This document shows positions 18,287 through 28,374 of a stretch of DNA of 64,000 bases, piece by piece. How positions within the stretch are numbered: the first letter of the stretch is position 1; each line of letters begins with the position of its first letter. The DNA comes from an uncultured Gammaproteobacteria bacterium. Lineage in GTDB: Bacteria; Patescibacteriota; Patescibacteriia; Magasanikbacterales; GWA2-37-8. A model generated the notes under the pieces. That model saw only the letters and a program-made list of their open reading frames with translations. It had not been told where the DNA came from and did not search any database. Made by a program: the position numbers and the translations under genes. The stretch covers positions 482-64,481 of the forward strand of contig CAZHYJ010000006.1 of NCBI GenBank assembly GCA_964536725.1. The letters run 5' to 3'.

Positions 18287-20173
18287 TTATTCTCTCCCCA
18301 ATACTCCACCCCACTCAATCACCGTAAAGCCAACACGCGGTAGATGTGACAATTTTTGTTCTTTCACTACAATCGGTTTATCAAGCGGACGATAGTCCAT
18401 TAGAATTCGGATAATTGTGTCTGGTTTGGGCTGTACTGTTAATGGTGCGATTTTGTTCATCGTGTTAGTTCCGTAGAAGGTGACGAAATAATACGGCGCT
18501 TTGGTCATACGTGGTTGCCAAAATTCTATAAAATCACTAACCTCCCTGCCTTGTAAACCTAATTGCACCAACTTATCATTCAAAAATTTATTTACTTCAC
18601 CCCGTGCCACTACAAAACCTTCTTTCGCCTCTGGTTGTTCACCCACACCATTTCCTTCCCAAAACAAGTATGGGTAATTTTTACCATCCGATAAATTTGT
18701 TATCTCACCATCTGGTCTGGCCAACACTTCCCAACCATTACCATATTCCGGTTCAGTATAACTAAATTTTTCTACCTGCAAATTTACTTTTACTTTGGTG
18801 TCTTTTTCTGGGTACAAATAAATCACTGGTTTGCCGCACTCTGCTACTGGAGCAAATTGACCTAATTGCAAAGTCAATAAACGACCCAGTGGGTCAATCC
18901 AAAATACTACCGGACGCATCGCAACAAAACCATCATAACTAATCTTTTCGCCTTCAGAAGGATAATACACACCATCATAAATACCACGCAACACTTCGTG
19001 GTTGTTGTCAACAAAACCTAGAACTTTTAGCCCCGAAACTGTCTTACCTACTTCTTTTAGGTCTTTAACCACATTTAGCCTCTCTGGAGACATAATATCT
19101 AATCTAATACCACCACACCCACTACTACTCCAAGCATGATAACCAGTGACCTTCTGCCCATCGTTATAAACCACGGTCTCTGTCTTTTCTTTGTTGCTTA
19201 AAACACTCGGAATGTATTGGTAAAGACGTTCCCGCCCATCTTTACCCAATATATAAAAATATGCTCCTCCATCATCAGAATACACATCGCCAAAAACTGG
19301 CACTGTGCCCACTTTTTTCAAGGACCCATTACGAAAGACATCGCCAGAATATTTTGATGCTGGTCTAGTTTCCAAGTCAGTCAAAACAACACCTGGTTTT
19401 AATTCTAGCTTTTCTGGAAAATCCAAATATGACATTCTAAAGTTTTTATCAATCTTTATCCGACTAAGCACAATACTACCAAAAGATTCAAACAACGGAT
19501 TGGTTTTGTCTAAAACAATATTGCCGTAATTTTTTAATACAACAACCTGGCTATCATACAAAACAAATATCGGATCAGAAAAATCTGTGCATCCCATCCC
19601 GTCACATGATATATTAGCAAAAACCACTAAACCTTTTTTATCACTATACTCAAACCACCCACCAATATAATACGAAGACAAATATTGATAACCATCATTT
19701 TCTGTCGAAGACACAAAATCATGGTTAAAGAAACCTAAACTTTCAATCGGATAAAAACCAGTCCAGTTAATTTTTTCAGCAATTTCTGTTGGTAATGAGG
19801 TGTATTGAATTGGCAAAGAAGTGCTGCCGTCACCAGAAGATATTTTGTACGGCGCAAGATCAAACGATATACCAGACATTTTAATTACAGTACCATCTAC
19901 TGTAACTGGAATATTGTTTGTTGTTGAAGTTGGTGGCTGATTATTATTAATATTATCTGGCACCACTACAAAATTATTATTATCTTCTTGGTTAGTTGCG
20001 TCTATTGTCGTGTTTTTAATGTCTTTCACATCCCCAGCAACTTTCGTCTCCCCTCTAAAATATCCTCCCAAAAAATACCCCGCTACTACGCTCACCCCGA
20101 TAAACACCACTGCCAATATTACCACCAAAAATGTTGGTAATGACCCTCGTTCGGAAAATTTGTTATCTGACAT
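18287..20173 (-). CDS. membrane-anchored surface protein with a C-terminal KPVIYLYP domain
   Basis: N-terminal TM; ECGKPVIYLYP, YPYLFWEG, DFIEFW, EWGG. Confidence 0.85.
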   Translation of the reverse strand: MSDNKFSERGSLPTFLVVILAVVFIGVSVVAGYFLGGYFRGETKVAGDVKDIKNTTIDATNQEDNNNFVVVPDNINNNQPPTSTTNNIPVTVDGTVIKMSGISFDLAPYKISSGDGSTSLPIQYTSLPTEIAEKINWTGFYPIESLGFFNHDFVSSTENDGYQYLSSYYIGGWFEYSDKKGLVVFANISCDGMGCTDFSDPIFVLYDSQVVVLKNYGNIVLDKTNPLFESFGSIVLSRIKIDKNFRMSYLDFPEKLELKPGVVLTDLETRPASKYSGDVFRNGSLKKVGTVPVFGDVYSDDGGAYFYILGKDGRERLYQYIPSVLSNKEKTETVVYNDGQKVTGYHAWSSSGCGGIRLDIMSPERLNVVKDLKEVGKTVSGLKVLGFVDNNHEVLRGIYDGVYYPSEGEKISYDGFVAMRPVVFWIDPLGRLLTLQLGQFAPVAECGKPVIYLYPEKDTKVKVNLQVEKFSYTEPEYGNGWEVLARPDGEITNLSDGKNYPYLFWEGNGVGEQPEAKEGFVVARGEVNKFLNDKLVQLGLQGREVSDFIEFWQPRMTKAPYYFVTFYGTNTMNKIAPLTVQPKPDTIIRILMDYRPLDKPIVVKEQKLSHLPRVGFTVIEWGGVLGRE

Positions 20174-20251
20174 AAGAAAATATTTACCTTTAAGTATTAA
20201 TTGATTAATACAATACTATACTACCTCATCAGTCGATGATAATCAAGTTAT

Positions 20252-21004
20252 CTAAATTTTAATAACCAGCCCATCGTGGGCCATAATTGTATGAGGAAAT
20301 ATTTTCTTCGCTGCCTTAGTCCCGATCTTTCTTTTCTTCATAGTAGGATAACCGTTCGCACCGAAGTGGGTTAACACCAACTTTTTTACGCCCGCCTTTT
20401 TTGCTACTTCTGCCGCTTCCTCAGGATTTGAGTGCCCCCATTTGTAATCTGATTTTCCGAGCGACATCGCGCACTCATGTAACAAAACATCCGCTCCTTG
20501 TGCCAAACGAATATCGTTTTCACATGGAGCAGTATCACTACAATACACAACCACTTTACCTTCGACATATATACGATACCCGAGGCAAGGGTCGGCGTGA
20601 TTTATCGGCAAACACTCAAACTCAATCGGATGAGTATGTCCTCCTGGTTTTACCGTTAGAATCTCTACTGGAAATCGGTATTGTTCGGGTGGTGCGCAAA
20701 AAGGGTGCGAGGTGAGGGTCTTAAAAGCCCCACGACTACTGGGGTCGTCTTGATAAATAAACGTTGCTTTTTGTTTAAATCTAAATTTCGGCAACACATG
20801 AAAACCAGCTACATGGTCTAGGTGAAAATGGCTGATAAAAAAATATATTGGTCGATCATCTTTAATATATTGATCCAATTTATATACCCCAAACCCCACA
20901 TCCAAAACAATATATGCGTCTTTGGATTCTATCAGCGTACACATTGTGTTACCCGTTTCATGTGTATCAAACCAGCCATTCGTGCCTAAAAAATGTATTT
21001 TCAT
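20252..21004 (-). CDS. metallo-beta-lactamase fold hydrolase (RNase Z/BN-like)
   Basis: LGTNG, HFHLDH, SDT, HEC, GHS, LTHF. Confidence 0.88.
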   Translation of the reverse strand: MKIHFLGTNGWFDTHETGNTMCTLIESKDAYIVLDVGFGVYKLDQYIKDDRPIYFFISHFHLDHVAGFHVLPKFRFKQKATFIYQDDPSSRGAFKTLTSHPFCAPPEQYRFPVEILTVKPGGHTHPIEFECLPINHADPCLGYRIYVEGKVVVYCSDTAPCENDIRLAQGADVLLHECAMSLGKSDYKWGHSNPEEAAEVAKKAGVKKLVLTHFGANGYPTMKKRKIGTKAAKKIFPHTIMAHDGLVIKI

Positions 21005-21084
21005 ATTCGAAATGAGTGAATGAAAAGGAAAATATAATTTTCCTTTTCTGAACGAATGAGAATATATCGCTTTAGCGAATATAA
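21002..21084 (-). repeat. dispersed ~80-bp repeat, copy A, ending in the ATG of the MBL gene
   Basis: GCTAAAGCGATATATTCTCATTCGTTC...CATTTCGAATATG; homologous to 56926-57008 and 46315-46365. Confidence 0.8.
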
Positions 21085-21164
21085 TTATTTTAATTTACCC
21101 CAATATAATATAACAAAACAACCCTGCTGTATAGGGTTGTTTTAAAATAATATATCATTATTTT

Positions 21165-23015
21165 TTACCGCCGTTCGCGCTTCGGAACTTTTTCATTAAT
21201 TTTGGAAGCAAGTTTGTGTTTGGCACAATAATCCACTACCACCTCAAGAAAAATCTTGCCATATCGCGCCAATTTAATATCACCAAACCCGGAAATTTTT
21301 CTAATCTCTTCTAGTGTCTGCGGTAAATATGTGGCCAACTCTAATAAAGTCGCATCGGAAAAAACCAGGTATGCTGGTACATTTTCTTTTTGCGCCAAAT
21401 CAGTACGCGCCACTTTGAGTTGGTCAAATAAATCTTGCTCTGATTCTTTGTCTTCCAGAGATTCTTCCTTTTCCTTCTTTTCTTTTTTACCCACCATTTT
21501 TACCAAGAAAACTTTTTCTTTCCCCAACAGCACATCCCGACTTTTTTCTGTTAATGCCAAAATCGGATATTCACTACCAACTTGTTTGAGGTAATTAAAA
21601 GAAATCAGGTCTTTAAAATATCGAAACCATTCTTCTTTGGGTATATCTTTACCAATACCGTAAGTTTTTAATGTTTTGTGATATTCCATTATCCGCTCGG
21701 ATTTTGAGCCGCGTAAAAAATCTACTACATAGGTCAATCCATACCGACTTTCTAGACGTGCTACTGCCGACAGTGCCTTTTGCGCGATCACTGTGCCGTC
21801 AAATTTTTCCCGGCCAACCAAACAGACATCACAATTACCGCATTGCTCTGACGCTTCTTCGTCGAAATAGTTAAGAATGGCTCGCCGTCGACAGGCATTC
21901 GCCTCACACAACGTCGCCATCTGCGCGAGTTTGTGTAACATCACTCGTGTTTGCTCCGGATTGTTTTCTACTTGCGCAAACCGTTTTAACTTCATCACAT
22001 CACCACCGCTGTAGTACAAAATCGCATCGCTTTTCAAACCATCACGTCCCGCCCGCCCGGTTTCTTGGTAATAACTCTCAATGTTTTTGGGCAAATCGGC
22101 ATGAATCACAAAACGCACATTAGACTTGTTGATCCCCATACCAAAAGCAATCGTCGCCACTATTATCTTAATCTGATCTTTCGTAAACATCTCTTGATGC
22201 CTCTGTCTTTTATCATTACTCAAACCAGCATGATATGGCTTGGCTGTAAAACCATCCGCTTTCAACTTGTCCGCCAACTTTTGTGCGGAGTTACGTGACA
22301 ATACATAGATAATACCCGAATCACCCCGGTGTTTTTTTAGGTAGGCGATTATTTGCTCATACATTTTCCGTTTCGGTTCTACCGAATAGTGGATGTTCGG
22401 ACGATTGAAGCTGGAGACAAAAATACTGGGATCTTTTAATTGCAATTTGTTTAAAATATCATCACGCGTCAACTTGTCTGCTGTCGCTGTCAGGGCGATG
22501 GTCGGCACATTGGGAAATTGTTTTTTGAGCGATGACAACATCCGATATTCTGGTCGAAAATCGTGTCCCCAGTGGGAAATGCAGTGCGCTTCATCAATGG
22601 CAAACAAGGAGATGTCTAAATCACGCAGGTAGACGATAAACTGCTGATTGTTGCCCAGCAACCGTTCGGGTGAAACGTAAAGTAATTTGATTTCATTTTT
22701 GTTTAGCTGTTTGTAGACATCAGAAATTTCCTCCTCATCAAGTGAAGAATTTAGATATGCCGCTTTAATACCATTTAAACGCAGTGCGTCGACTTGGTCT
22801 TTCATTAAAGCAATCAAAGGCGAAATCACCACTGTCAGCCCAGGAAACAACAACGCTGGAATTTGATAACAAAGCGACTTTCCCCCACCCGTGGGCATCA
22901 AAACAAACGCATCACGCTTACGCATGATGGTTTCAATGATTTCTTCTTGATTAAACCGAAACGCTTCATAACCAAATTTGGTTTTCAAGATTTGAGCCGG
23001 AGTTTGTATTTTCAT
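21165..23015 (-). CDS. recQ: ATP-dependent DNA helicase RecQ
   Basis: [37 protein letters not shown] zinc site, HRDC. Confidence 0.97.
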   Translation of the reverse strand: MKIQTPAQILKTKFGYEAFRFNQEEIIETIMRKRDAFVLMPTGGGKSLCYQIPALLFPGLTVVISPLIALMKDQVDALRLNGIKAAYLNSSLDEEEISDVYKQLNKNEIKLLYVSPERLLGNNQQFIVYLRDLDISLFAIDEAHCISHWGHDFRPEYRMLSSLKKQFPNVPTIALTATADKLTRDDILNKLQLKDPSIFVSSFNRPNIHYSVEPKRKMYEQIIAYLKKHRGDSGIIYVLSRNSAQKLADKLKADGFTAKPYHAGLSNDKRQRHQEMFTKDQIKIIVATIAFGMGINKSNVRFVIHADLPKNIESYYQETGRAGRDGLKSDAILYYSGGDVMKLKRFAQVENNPEQTRVMLHKLAQMATLCEANACRRRAILNYFDEEASEQCGNCDVCLVGREKFDGTVIAQKALSAVARLESRYGLTYVVDFLRGSKSERIMEYHKTLKTYGIGKDIPKEEWFRYFKDLISFNYLKQVGSEYPILALTEKSRDVLLGKEKVFLVKMVGKKEKKEKEESLEDKESEQDLFDQLKVARTDLAQKENVPAYLVFSDATLLELATYLPQTLEEIRKISGFGDIKLARYGKIFLEVVVDYCAKHKLASKINEKVPKRERR

Positions 23016-23125
23016 TTTAAAACCGAAAAATATTTTTCAGTCTTAATTGTAGTCTTTAAAAAGCTAACAGTCAATCAACTTGTCTCCAGTTCTGTTTTCT
23101 GCTAATATTTAGACACAATAATTAT

Positions 23126-24343
23126 ATGACCGAACCAATCGAACAATTAAATTTCCCCAAAAACTTTTTCTGGGGTTGCGCCACTTCTGCTCACCAAATC
23201 GAAGGTGGGTTGATTAACGATTGGACCGAGTGGGAAAAATCTGATTATCGTGTTCAAAAATTGAAAGACACTAACTTGGACCCAAAAGACTTCATCTCCA
23301 ATAAAGCAGCCAACTCGTATTTGGAAAACAATGCCGACATCGCTTGTATGAAAGAAATGGATTTGACTGCCTATCGTTTTTCCGTTGATTGGTCACGCAT
23401 TGAACCCCAAGAAGGTGTGTTCGACGAAGTCGCTCTCGACTACTATTTAGATCTCATTAAAAAACTGCGTGGCAACAAAATCGAACCATTTGTTACTTTG
23501 TGGCATTGGCCACTTCCACTCTGGATGCGCGACAAAGGTGGTTGGCAGTCGAGAGAGATAGTCCACTATTTTAATCGTTTTGTCGATAAAACGGTGCGAT
23601 ACCTAAATTCTGAGGTGAACTTTTGGATTACACTAAACGAACCAATGGTGTACAGCACCACCAGCTATCTTACCGGCGAATGGCCGCCCCAAAAGAAAAG
23701 CCCTCTCGCCTACTATCAAGTTGTAAACAACCTGATTAATGCCCACCGCACGGCTTATGATATGATAAAAGAGATAGACGGCAACAACCAGATCGGCGTG
23801 GCCAAGCACAATGTATATTTTGAAGCTTACAAAAACCGACTCGTTAATCGCTTTTTAAAATCCTGTGCTGAATGGTGGTGGAATGAAAGATTTTTAAATC
23901 GTATCAATGACAAACAGGATTTTATCGGCCTCAACTACTATTTTCACAACAAGATAAACTACGGCTTCGGGAAAAAACATACCTACGAAAAAAAGTCTGA
24001 TGTAGATTGGGGTCTTCACCCGGAAGGAATTTACCATTTACTAAAAGATCTGAAACGATATGACAAACCCATCTACATCACCGAAAATGGTTTGGCTGAC
24101 AAGGGTGACCAACACCGCTCGTGGTACATCAAAGAAATATTAACCAACGTTCACCGCGCGATAAGAGAAGACGCTCCAGTCAAAGGTTACTTCCATTGGT
24201 CGCTAATCGACAACTTTGAGTGGGGCCATGGCTTCCATCCGCGCTTTGGTCTGTATGAGGTGAATTACCAAACCTTCGAAAGAATCGCTCGACCGTCGGC
24301 ACAATATTATCAAGACATTTGTAAAAATAATCGGGTAGCGTAA
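23126..24343 (+). CDS. glycoside hydrolase family 1 (beta-glucosidase-like)
   Basis: FFWGCATSAHQIEG, TLNEP, ITENG, DNFEW. Confidence 0.95.
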   Translation: MTEPIEQLNFPKNFFWGCATSAHQIEGGLINDWTEWEKSDYRVQKLKDTNLDPKDFISNKAANSYLENNADIACMKEMDLTAYRFSVDWSRIEPQEGVFDEVALDYYLDLIKKLRGNKIEPFVTLWHWPLPLWMRDKGGWQSREIVHYFNRFVDKTVRYLNSEVNFWITLNEPMVYSTTSYLTGEWPPQKKSPLAYYQVVNNLINAHRTAYDMIKEIDGNNQIGVAKHNVYFEAYKNRLVNRFLKSCAEWWWNERFLNRINDKQDFIGLNYYFHNKINYGFGKKHTYEKKSDVDWGLHPEGIYHLLKDLKRYDKPIYITENGLADKGDQHRSWYIKEILTNVHRAIREDAPVKGYFHWSLIDNFEWGHGFHPRFGLYEVNYQTFERIARPSAQYYQDICKNNRVA

Positions 24344-24409
24344 TTACAAAATCAAACACCACTCCAATCTGGGTGGTGTTTTATTATATACAAATTTAAA
24401 AAACAGACT

Positions 24410-25081
24410 CTACCACTCAATTTCTTTTTTGCTATGCGCACGTAAATATTCATTACACTGAGAAAAATGTTTACAGCCCACAAATCCGGAATAGGCTGAA
24501 AAAGGTGAAGGGTGCGGTGCTTCTAAAATCAAGTGCTTATTACTATCAATCAACACTTTTTTGCTCCGAGCAAAATTACCCCAAAGCATAAAAACAACAT
24601 TTTCTCGTTTATCGGAAATTGTTTTTATAACTGTATCGGTAAATTCTTCCCAACCTTTTTCTCGATGCGAGGCTGGGCTGTTGGCGATCACTGTTAGGAT
24701 GGCATTCAAAAGCAAAACACCCTGCTTGGCCCACGATTCCAAATTCCCCGTCGTACAATCTTTTCTTATTCCTAAATCACTTTGTATTTCTTTGTATATA
24801 TTTTGTAATGATGGTGGCACTTTAATATTTTCTGGTACAGAAAAACTTAGACCATGTGCCTGGTTGGTGCCATGATATGGATCCTGCCCCAAGATCACCA
24901 CCTGCACATTTGAAAATGGCGTTAACCAAAAAGCTTTAAAAATATCCTGCGGTTTGGGATAGACAGATTTTTTAACATATTCTTCCCGCACGAAGTCTGC
25001 CAGTTTTTGAAAACGTTCGGAAGAAAAGTATTCTTGTAGTACCGCCGCCCACTCGGGCTCGATATTAACTGGTTTGGTCAT
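24410..25081 (-). CDS. ung: uracil-DNA glycosylase
   Basis: GQDPYH, PPSL, LLLN, HPSP. Confidence 0.97.
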   Translation of the reverse strand: MTKPVNIEPEWAAVLQEYFSSERFQKLADFVREEYVKKSVYPKPQDIFKAFWLTPFSNVQVVILGQDPYHGTNQAHGLSFSVPENIKVPPSLQNIYKEIQSDLGIRKDCTTGNLESWAKQGVLLLNAILTVIANSPASHREKGWEEFTDTVIKTISDKRENVVFMLWGNFARSKKVLIDSNKHLILEAPHPSPFSAYSGFVGCKHFSQCNEYLRAHSKKEIEW

Positions 25082-25085
25082 AATA

Positions 25086-25254
25086 CTAAAAATGTTTTTC
25101 GAATATGAACTTCAGCTCGTCGGTTATCTTTTCCCCATTTTCAATCATCTTTTTTATTTCTTCAGCGGTGCAGATATTTTTTCTCATAAAGCTCACTCTC
25201 CGAAACTGCTCCGACGACTTCATCTTGTTCATTTACGATTGTAACGTTTGGCAT
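25086..25254 (-). pseudogene. NUDIX/IDI-like hydrolase remnant with an internal deletion
   Basis: MPNVTIVNEQDEVVG...YLHR* joined out of frame to EEIKKMIENGEKITDELKFIFEKHF*; the Nudix box is missing. Confidence 0.6.
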
Positions 25255-25358
25255 AAACACATTAATAATACATAGTATTTTGTCTTTATAATATACCAAA
25301 AAACCAACCATAGCAACGGTCGGTTTTGACAGAACATGATTTATGGCGTTAAGGCAAA

Positions 25359-26315
25359 CTACTTAAGATATGTTTCTTCGTAAAACTGTGGAAGTTGGCA
25401 TTGTACAAAACTTACACAATCATTAGGCGCTTTAATATCAGTGGTATTGATACACCTGATCACTTCTTTCGGCCAAGTAACGCACTCCTCCATACAGGTG
25501 TTATAAGCATCATTCAAATCAGTGGCAGTAACATCTTCGGTGTAAGAACTACAATCTTTATATCTTTGACAGGCATCAGCGCATTTGTCAGAAACTACTT
25601 TTTTTACAGGTTCTTTTGTTTCATCCTCACACAACGCTTTTAATTTTTTGAGTATATTATCTATTTTTTGTTCACATTCAGCCATCTGAAAAATATTTTC
25701 ATTGGGGTCTATTATGTCTGCTTCGTTAATTTCTGGTAAAGGTGGTACATTTGATGTAAGCTCAGGCACTTCTGAACCTGGTCGACCAGTGTTGATTTCT
25801 GGCATTTCCGGAATATACTCAGTAACAATTGAATCCATGTCTATCTCTGGTAATGGTGGTACATTTGATGTTAATTCGGGAACTTCTGAGCCCAACACTT
25901 TTATGTCTATTTCTGGCAATGGCGGTACGTTTGACGACAGCTCCGGAACTTCTGATCCTGGTCGACCAAGCGGATTGTCTGAACTTACCACCTCACCTAC
26001 CAATTCTGGTTCTACATCGGGCAACTTTGGAACATTATCCAACCATTGTTTTTTTCTGCCGGCCAAATCGGCCAGCTTTTTTTCCATTGCTTGTATTTTT
26101 TTATTAACAGCTTCTTTGTTGTCACAATTTGTACCAACAAACATTTGCAACTGCTCCGCTTCAGACAACAATTCTTTGTAGTCAACCACAATATTATCCG
26201 GACTATCCAAACCATCTTGTTGTGAGTCAGGTAAATTTCCTAAAACAAAGTAACTGGCGATACCCAAAACCGCCAAGGAAGAAGCGCCTAACAAAAATTT
26301 TTGTATTATACTCAT
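25359..26315 (-). CDS. secreted/membrane protein with Pro-rich tandem repeats and a Cys-rich C-terminus
   Basis: N-terminal hydrophobic segment; GSEVPEL(S/T)SNVPPLPEI x3; CxxxCxxxxxC...CxxxC...C...C...C. Confidence 0.85.
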   Translation of the reverse strand: MSIIQKFLLGASSLAVLGIASYFVLGNLPDSQQDGLDSPDNIVVDYKELLSEAEQLQMFVGTNCDNKEAVNKKIQAMEKKLADLAGRKKQWLDNVPKLPDVEPELVGEVVSSDNPLGRPGSEVPELSSNVPPLPEIDIKVLGSEVPELTSNVPPLPEIDMDSIVTEYIPEMPEINTGRPGSEVPELTSNVPPLPEINEADIIDPNENIFQMAECEQKIDNILKKLKALCEDETKEPVKKVVSDKCADACQRYKDCSSYTEDVTATDLNDAYNTCMEECVTWPKEVIRCINTTDIKAPNDCVSFVQCQLPQFYEETYLK

Positions 26316-26372
26316 ATAATTTTAATTTAATCAGCAAAGTAAAAACGTAGGTTAGCACAAAGGAACATTGCG

Positions 26373-26460
26373 CGGAGAAGGAGGGATTTGAACCCTCGGT
26401 GCCCTTTCGAACACGCCAGTTTTCGAAACTGGTGCCTTAAACCAACTCAGCCACCTCTCC
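26373..26460 (-). tRNA. tRNA-Ser (CGA)
   Basis: GGAGAGG/CTTCTCC acceptor stem, CCAGT-TTCGAAA-ACTGG anticodon arm, long variable arm, G73. Confidence 0.95.
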
Positions 26461-26537
26461 AATAAAATTCCCACCTTGGAGATGGGAAAGTTAGACTGTT
26501 AAAATATTACCATTTTTAAAGAATTTTTGTCAATTAT

Positions 26538-27074
26538 TTACTCAATACAACAATCAATTGCTTTTTTAACTAGTGTCCCAAGTTTTCCCATAAACCCTTT
26601 CTTTTCTTCGTCTTGTTTATTTATGGCATTATCATCAATCTTCTTAATATCGCCAACATTAAGTAACTTCATGTTTAAACCCCAAAATAATGAATATAAA
26701 TTATAGGCCTTGCCGAACAAATCATAAGCTTCTTCTTTTTTGTCCATACCTAATTGTTTTGTCCCTACTTCCATTAACCGCATTGATGCGGCGAGGAGGT
26801 GTTTAGAAATACACCAGACTTCGCCTTCATATTCTTTGATAATCTTTTTTAACAATTCTTTTCTCATTTCACGAACATCCTTAACCATATCATAATATTC
26901 ATTCTTTCCGGTTTTTGCTCCAGAAAAAAAGAAGTGCTCTTCAATACTTATCAAGTTCATAATAGCAATAGTCAGATCTTGATCAGAAGATAGGTCCATT
27001 TTTTCCTGCTTTTTCATTTGATCAACTTTTTCAATAAATTCGTTTAGATTTTTGACTGGGTTTTGTGTGGTCAT
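26538..27074 (-). CDS. conserved hypothetical helical protein, last gene of the ars-like cluster
   Basis: NLISIEEH and WCISKH motifs; C-terminal DCCIE. Confidence 0.8.
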   Translation of the reverse strand: MTTQNPVKNLNEFIEKVDQMKKQEKMDLSSDQDLTIAIMNLISIEEHFFFSGAKTGKNEYYDMVKDVREMRKELLKKIIKEYEGEVWCISKHLLAASMRLMEVGTKQLGMDKKEEAYDLFGKAYNLYSLFWGLNMKLLNVGDIKKIDDNAINKQDEEKKGFMGKLGTLVKKAIDCCIE

Positions 27075-27182
27075 ATTATTTAGTTAAAAAATAAAAATAT
27101 AAAAACTTTTTTAATAGGCAAGTGTTAGTTGGTAAAAAAAGCAAACCACCAAATAATGCTAATTTTGATTTTATTCTCTCTA

Positions 27183-27917
27183 TTACCATAAGTTAATTAG
27201 ATATTTAAACAAATATTGCAAATAATAAACTCCGGCCACAATAAAAATACTCGCTACTACACACCGCATCACTTTTTCAATTTTCTGCACCACCTGAAAA
27301 GTTTTGCTAACCTTTTGCACAGAAAAAGCGATTAAAAAAGAAAATATAATGACGGGTAATCCCGTGCCAAAAGCAAATAACAGAGGTAAAAATACTCCTC
27401 CTGTTGTTTTCAAAACTAACGGTATGAGTGCCCCGAAAAACAACACCCCACTATAAGGACAAAAAGCTAAGGCAAACAGCATGCCGAGCAGAAGTGAACC
27501 CGCGTAGCCTTTGTTTGATAACCAAGCCTTTATTCTCTCCATTTTCTCACTTGATCCTTTAATATTAATTTTTATAACATTAAACATTACCAAACCAATC
27601 ATAATCAAAACCGGTCCTAATATTTTATCTCCCCAGCCTTGAAATATCCTTGATATTCTAAAAGAAGATACGCCAAAATAAATAAGCAGGGCCAGTATTG
27701 CATAGCTAATTCCTCGACCCAAGGTATAAAACAAACCATTAAGTAAAGTATTTTTAACAGTTTTAATTTCACGAGAAATATACGCAATAGCGGTAATATT
27801 GGTAGCCAGCGGACAAGGACTAATAGAAGTAAGAACACCTAATAAAAAGGCGGTTAAAACTGGAATATTATAATTGTCTATCAAAGAATTGATTATATCC
27901 ATAAAATTATTTGCCAA
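27183..27917 (-). CDS. ArsG/DsbD-type (CcdA-like) membrane protein
   Basis: SPCPLATN and AFCPYSG Cys motifs in a multi-TM protein. Confidence 0.85.
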   Translation of the reverse strand: MANNFMDIINSLIDNYNIPVLTAFLLGVLTSISPCPLATNITAIAYISREIKTVKNTLLNGLFYTLGRGISYAILALLIYFGVSSFRISRIFQGWGDKILGPVLIMIGLVMFNVIKINIKGSSEKMERIKAWLSNKGYAGSLLLGMLFALAFCPYSGVLFFGALIPLVLKTTGGVFLPLLFAFGTGLPVIIFSFLIAFSVQKVSKTFQVVQKIEKVMRCVVASIFIVAGVYYLQYLFKYLINLW

Positions 27918-28374
27918 GTAGTTTTTTCAATTTGTTTTCAAAATAATCTTTGAATCCTTCCTCATCAGATACAAGTCGCCAGACAACCACATCTTCTTCA
28001 ATATTATCCTTGCCATCAATAGTGGTATTTATAAAAACAGAAGACCCGCCAGCTTGATACTTTATAACAATACCTCTATTTTCCGGCAACTCACCATTAA
28101 TTTCTTTAAAAACAATTATACCATTTTTGTATTCTTCCGGGAATCTCTCTTTAATTGTTTTCAAGGCAAGCTCTCCCGCAGTAATACATGACCAACATTG
28201 CTGCGTAGCGTGAAAGTGAACTACTTCTATTTTTTCTGCTGGTTGTTTTTGCACAGCAGAAACATTTTCAGTTTTAGAAGGACTCGTGCTAGTAACCCAA
28301 ATGATAGCTATCAACCCAAGGATAACACCTAAACCAACAAGTATGCCAAAGATTATACTTTTTTTACTACTCAT
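27907..28374 (-). CDS. ArsF-like thioredoxin-fold membrane-anchored protein
   Basis: TM followed by HFHATQQCWSC. Confidence 0.8.
   Translation of the reverse strand: MSSKKSIIFGILVGLGVILGLIAIIWVTSTSPSKTENVSAVQKQPAEKIEVVHFHATQQCWSCITAGELALKTIKERFPEEYKNGIIVFKEINGELPENRGIVIKYQAGGSSVFINTTIDGKDNIEEDVVVWRLVSDEEGFKDYFENKLKKLLGK

Noticed and set aside
25730-25970. CRISPR-like direct repeats
   Set aside because: The repeats are in-frame coding repeats with synonymous variation; there are no cas genes or arrays in the window.
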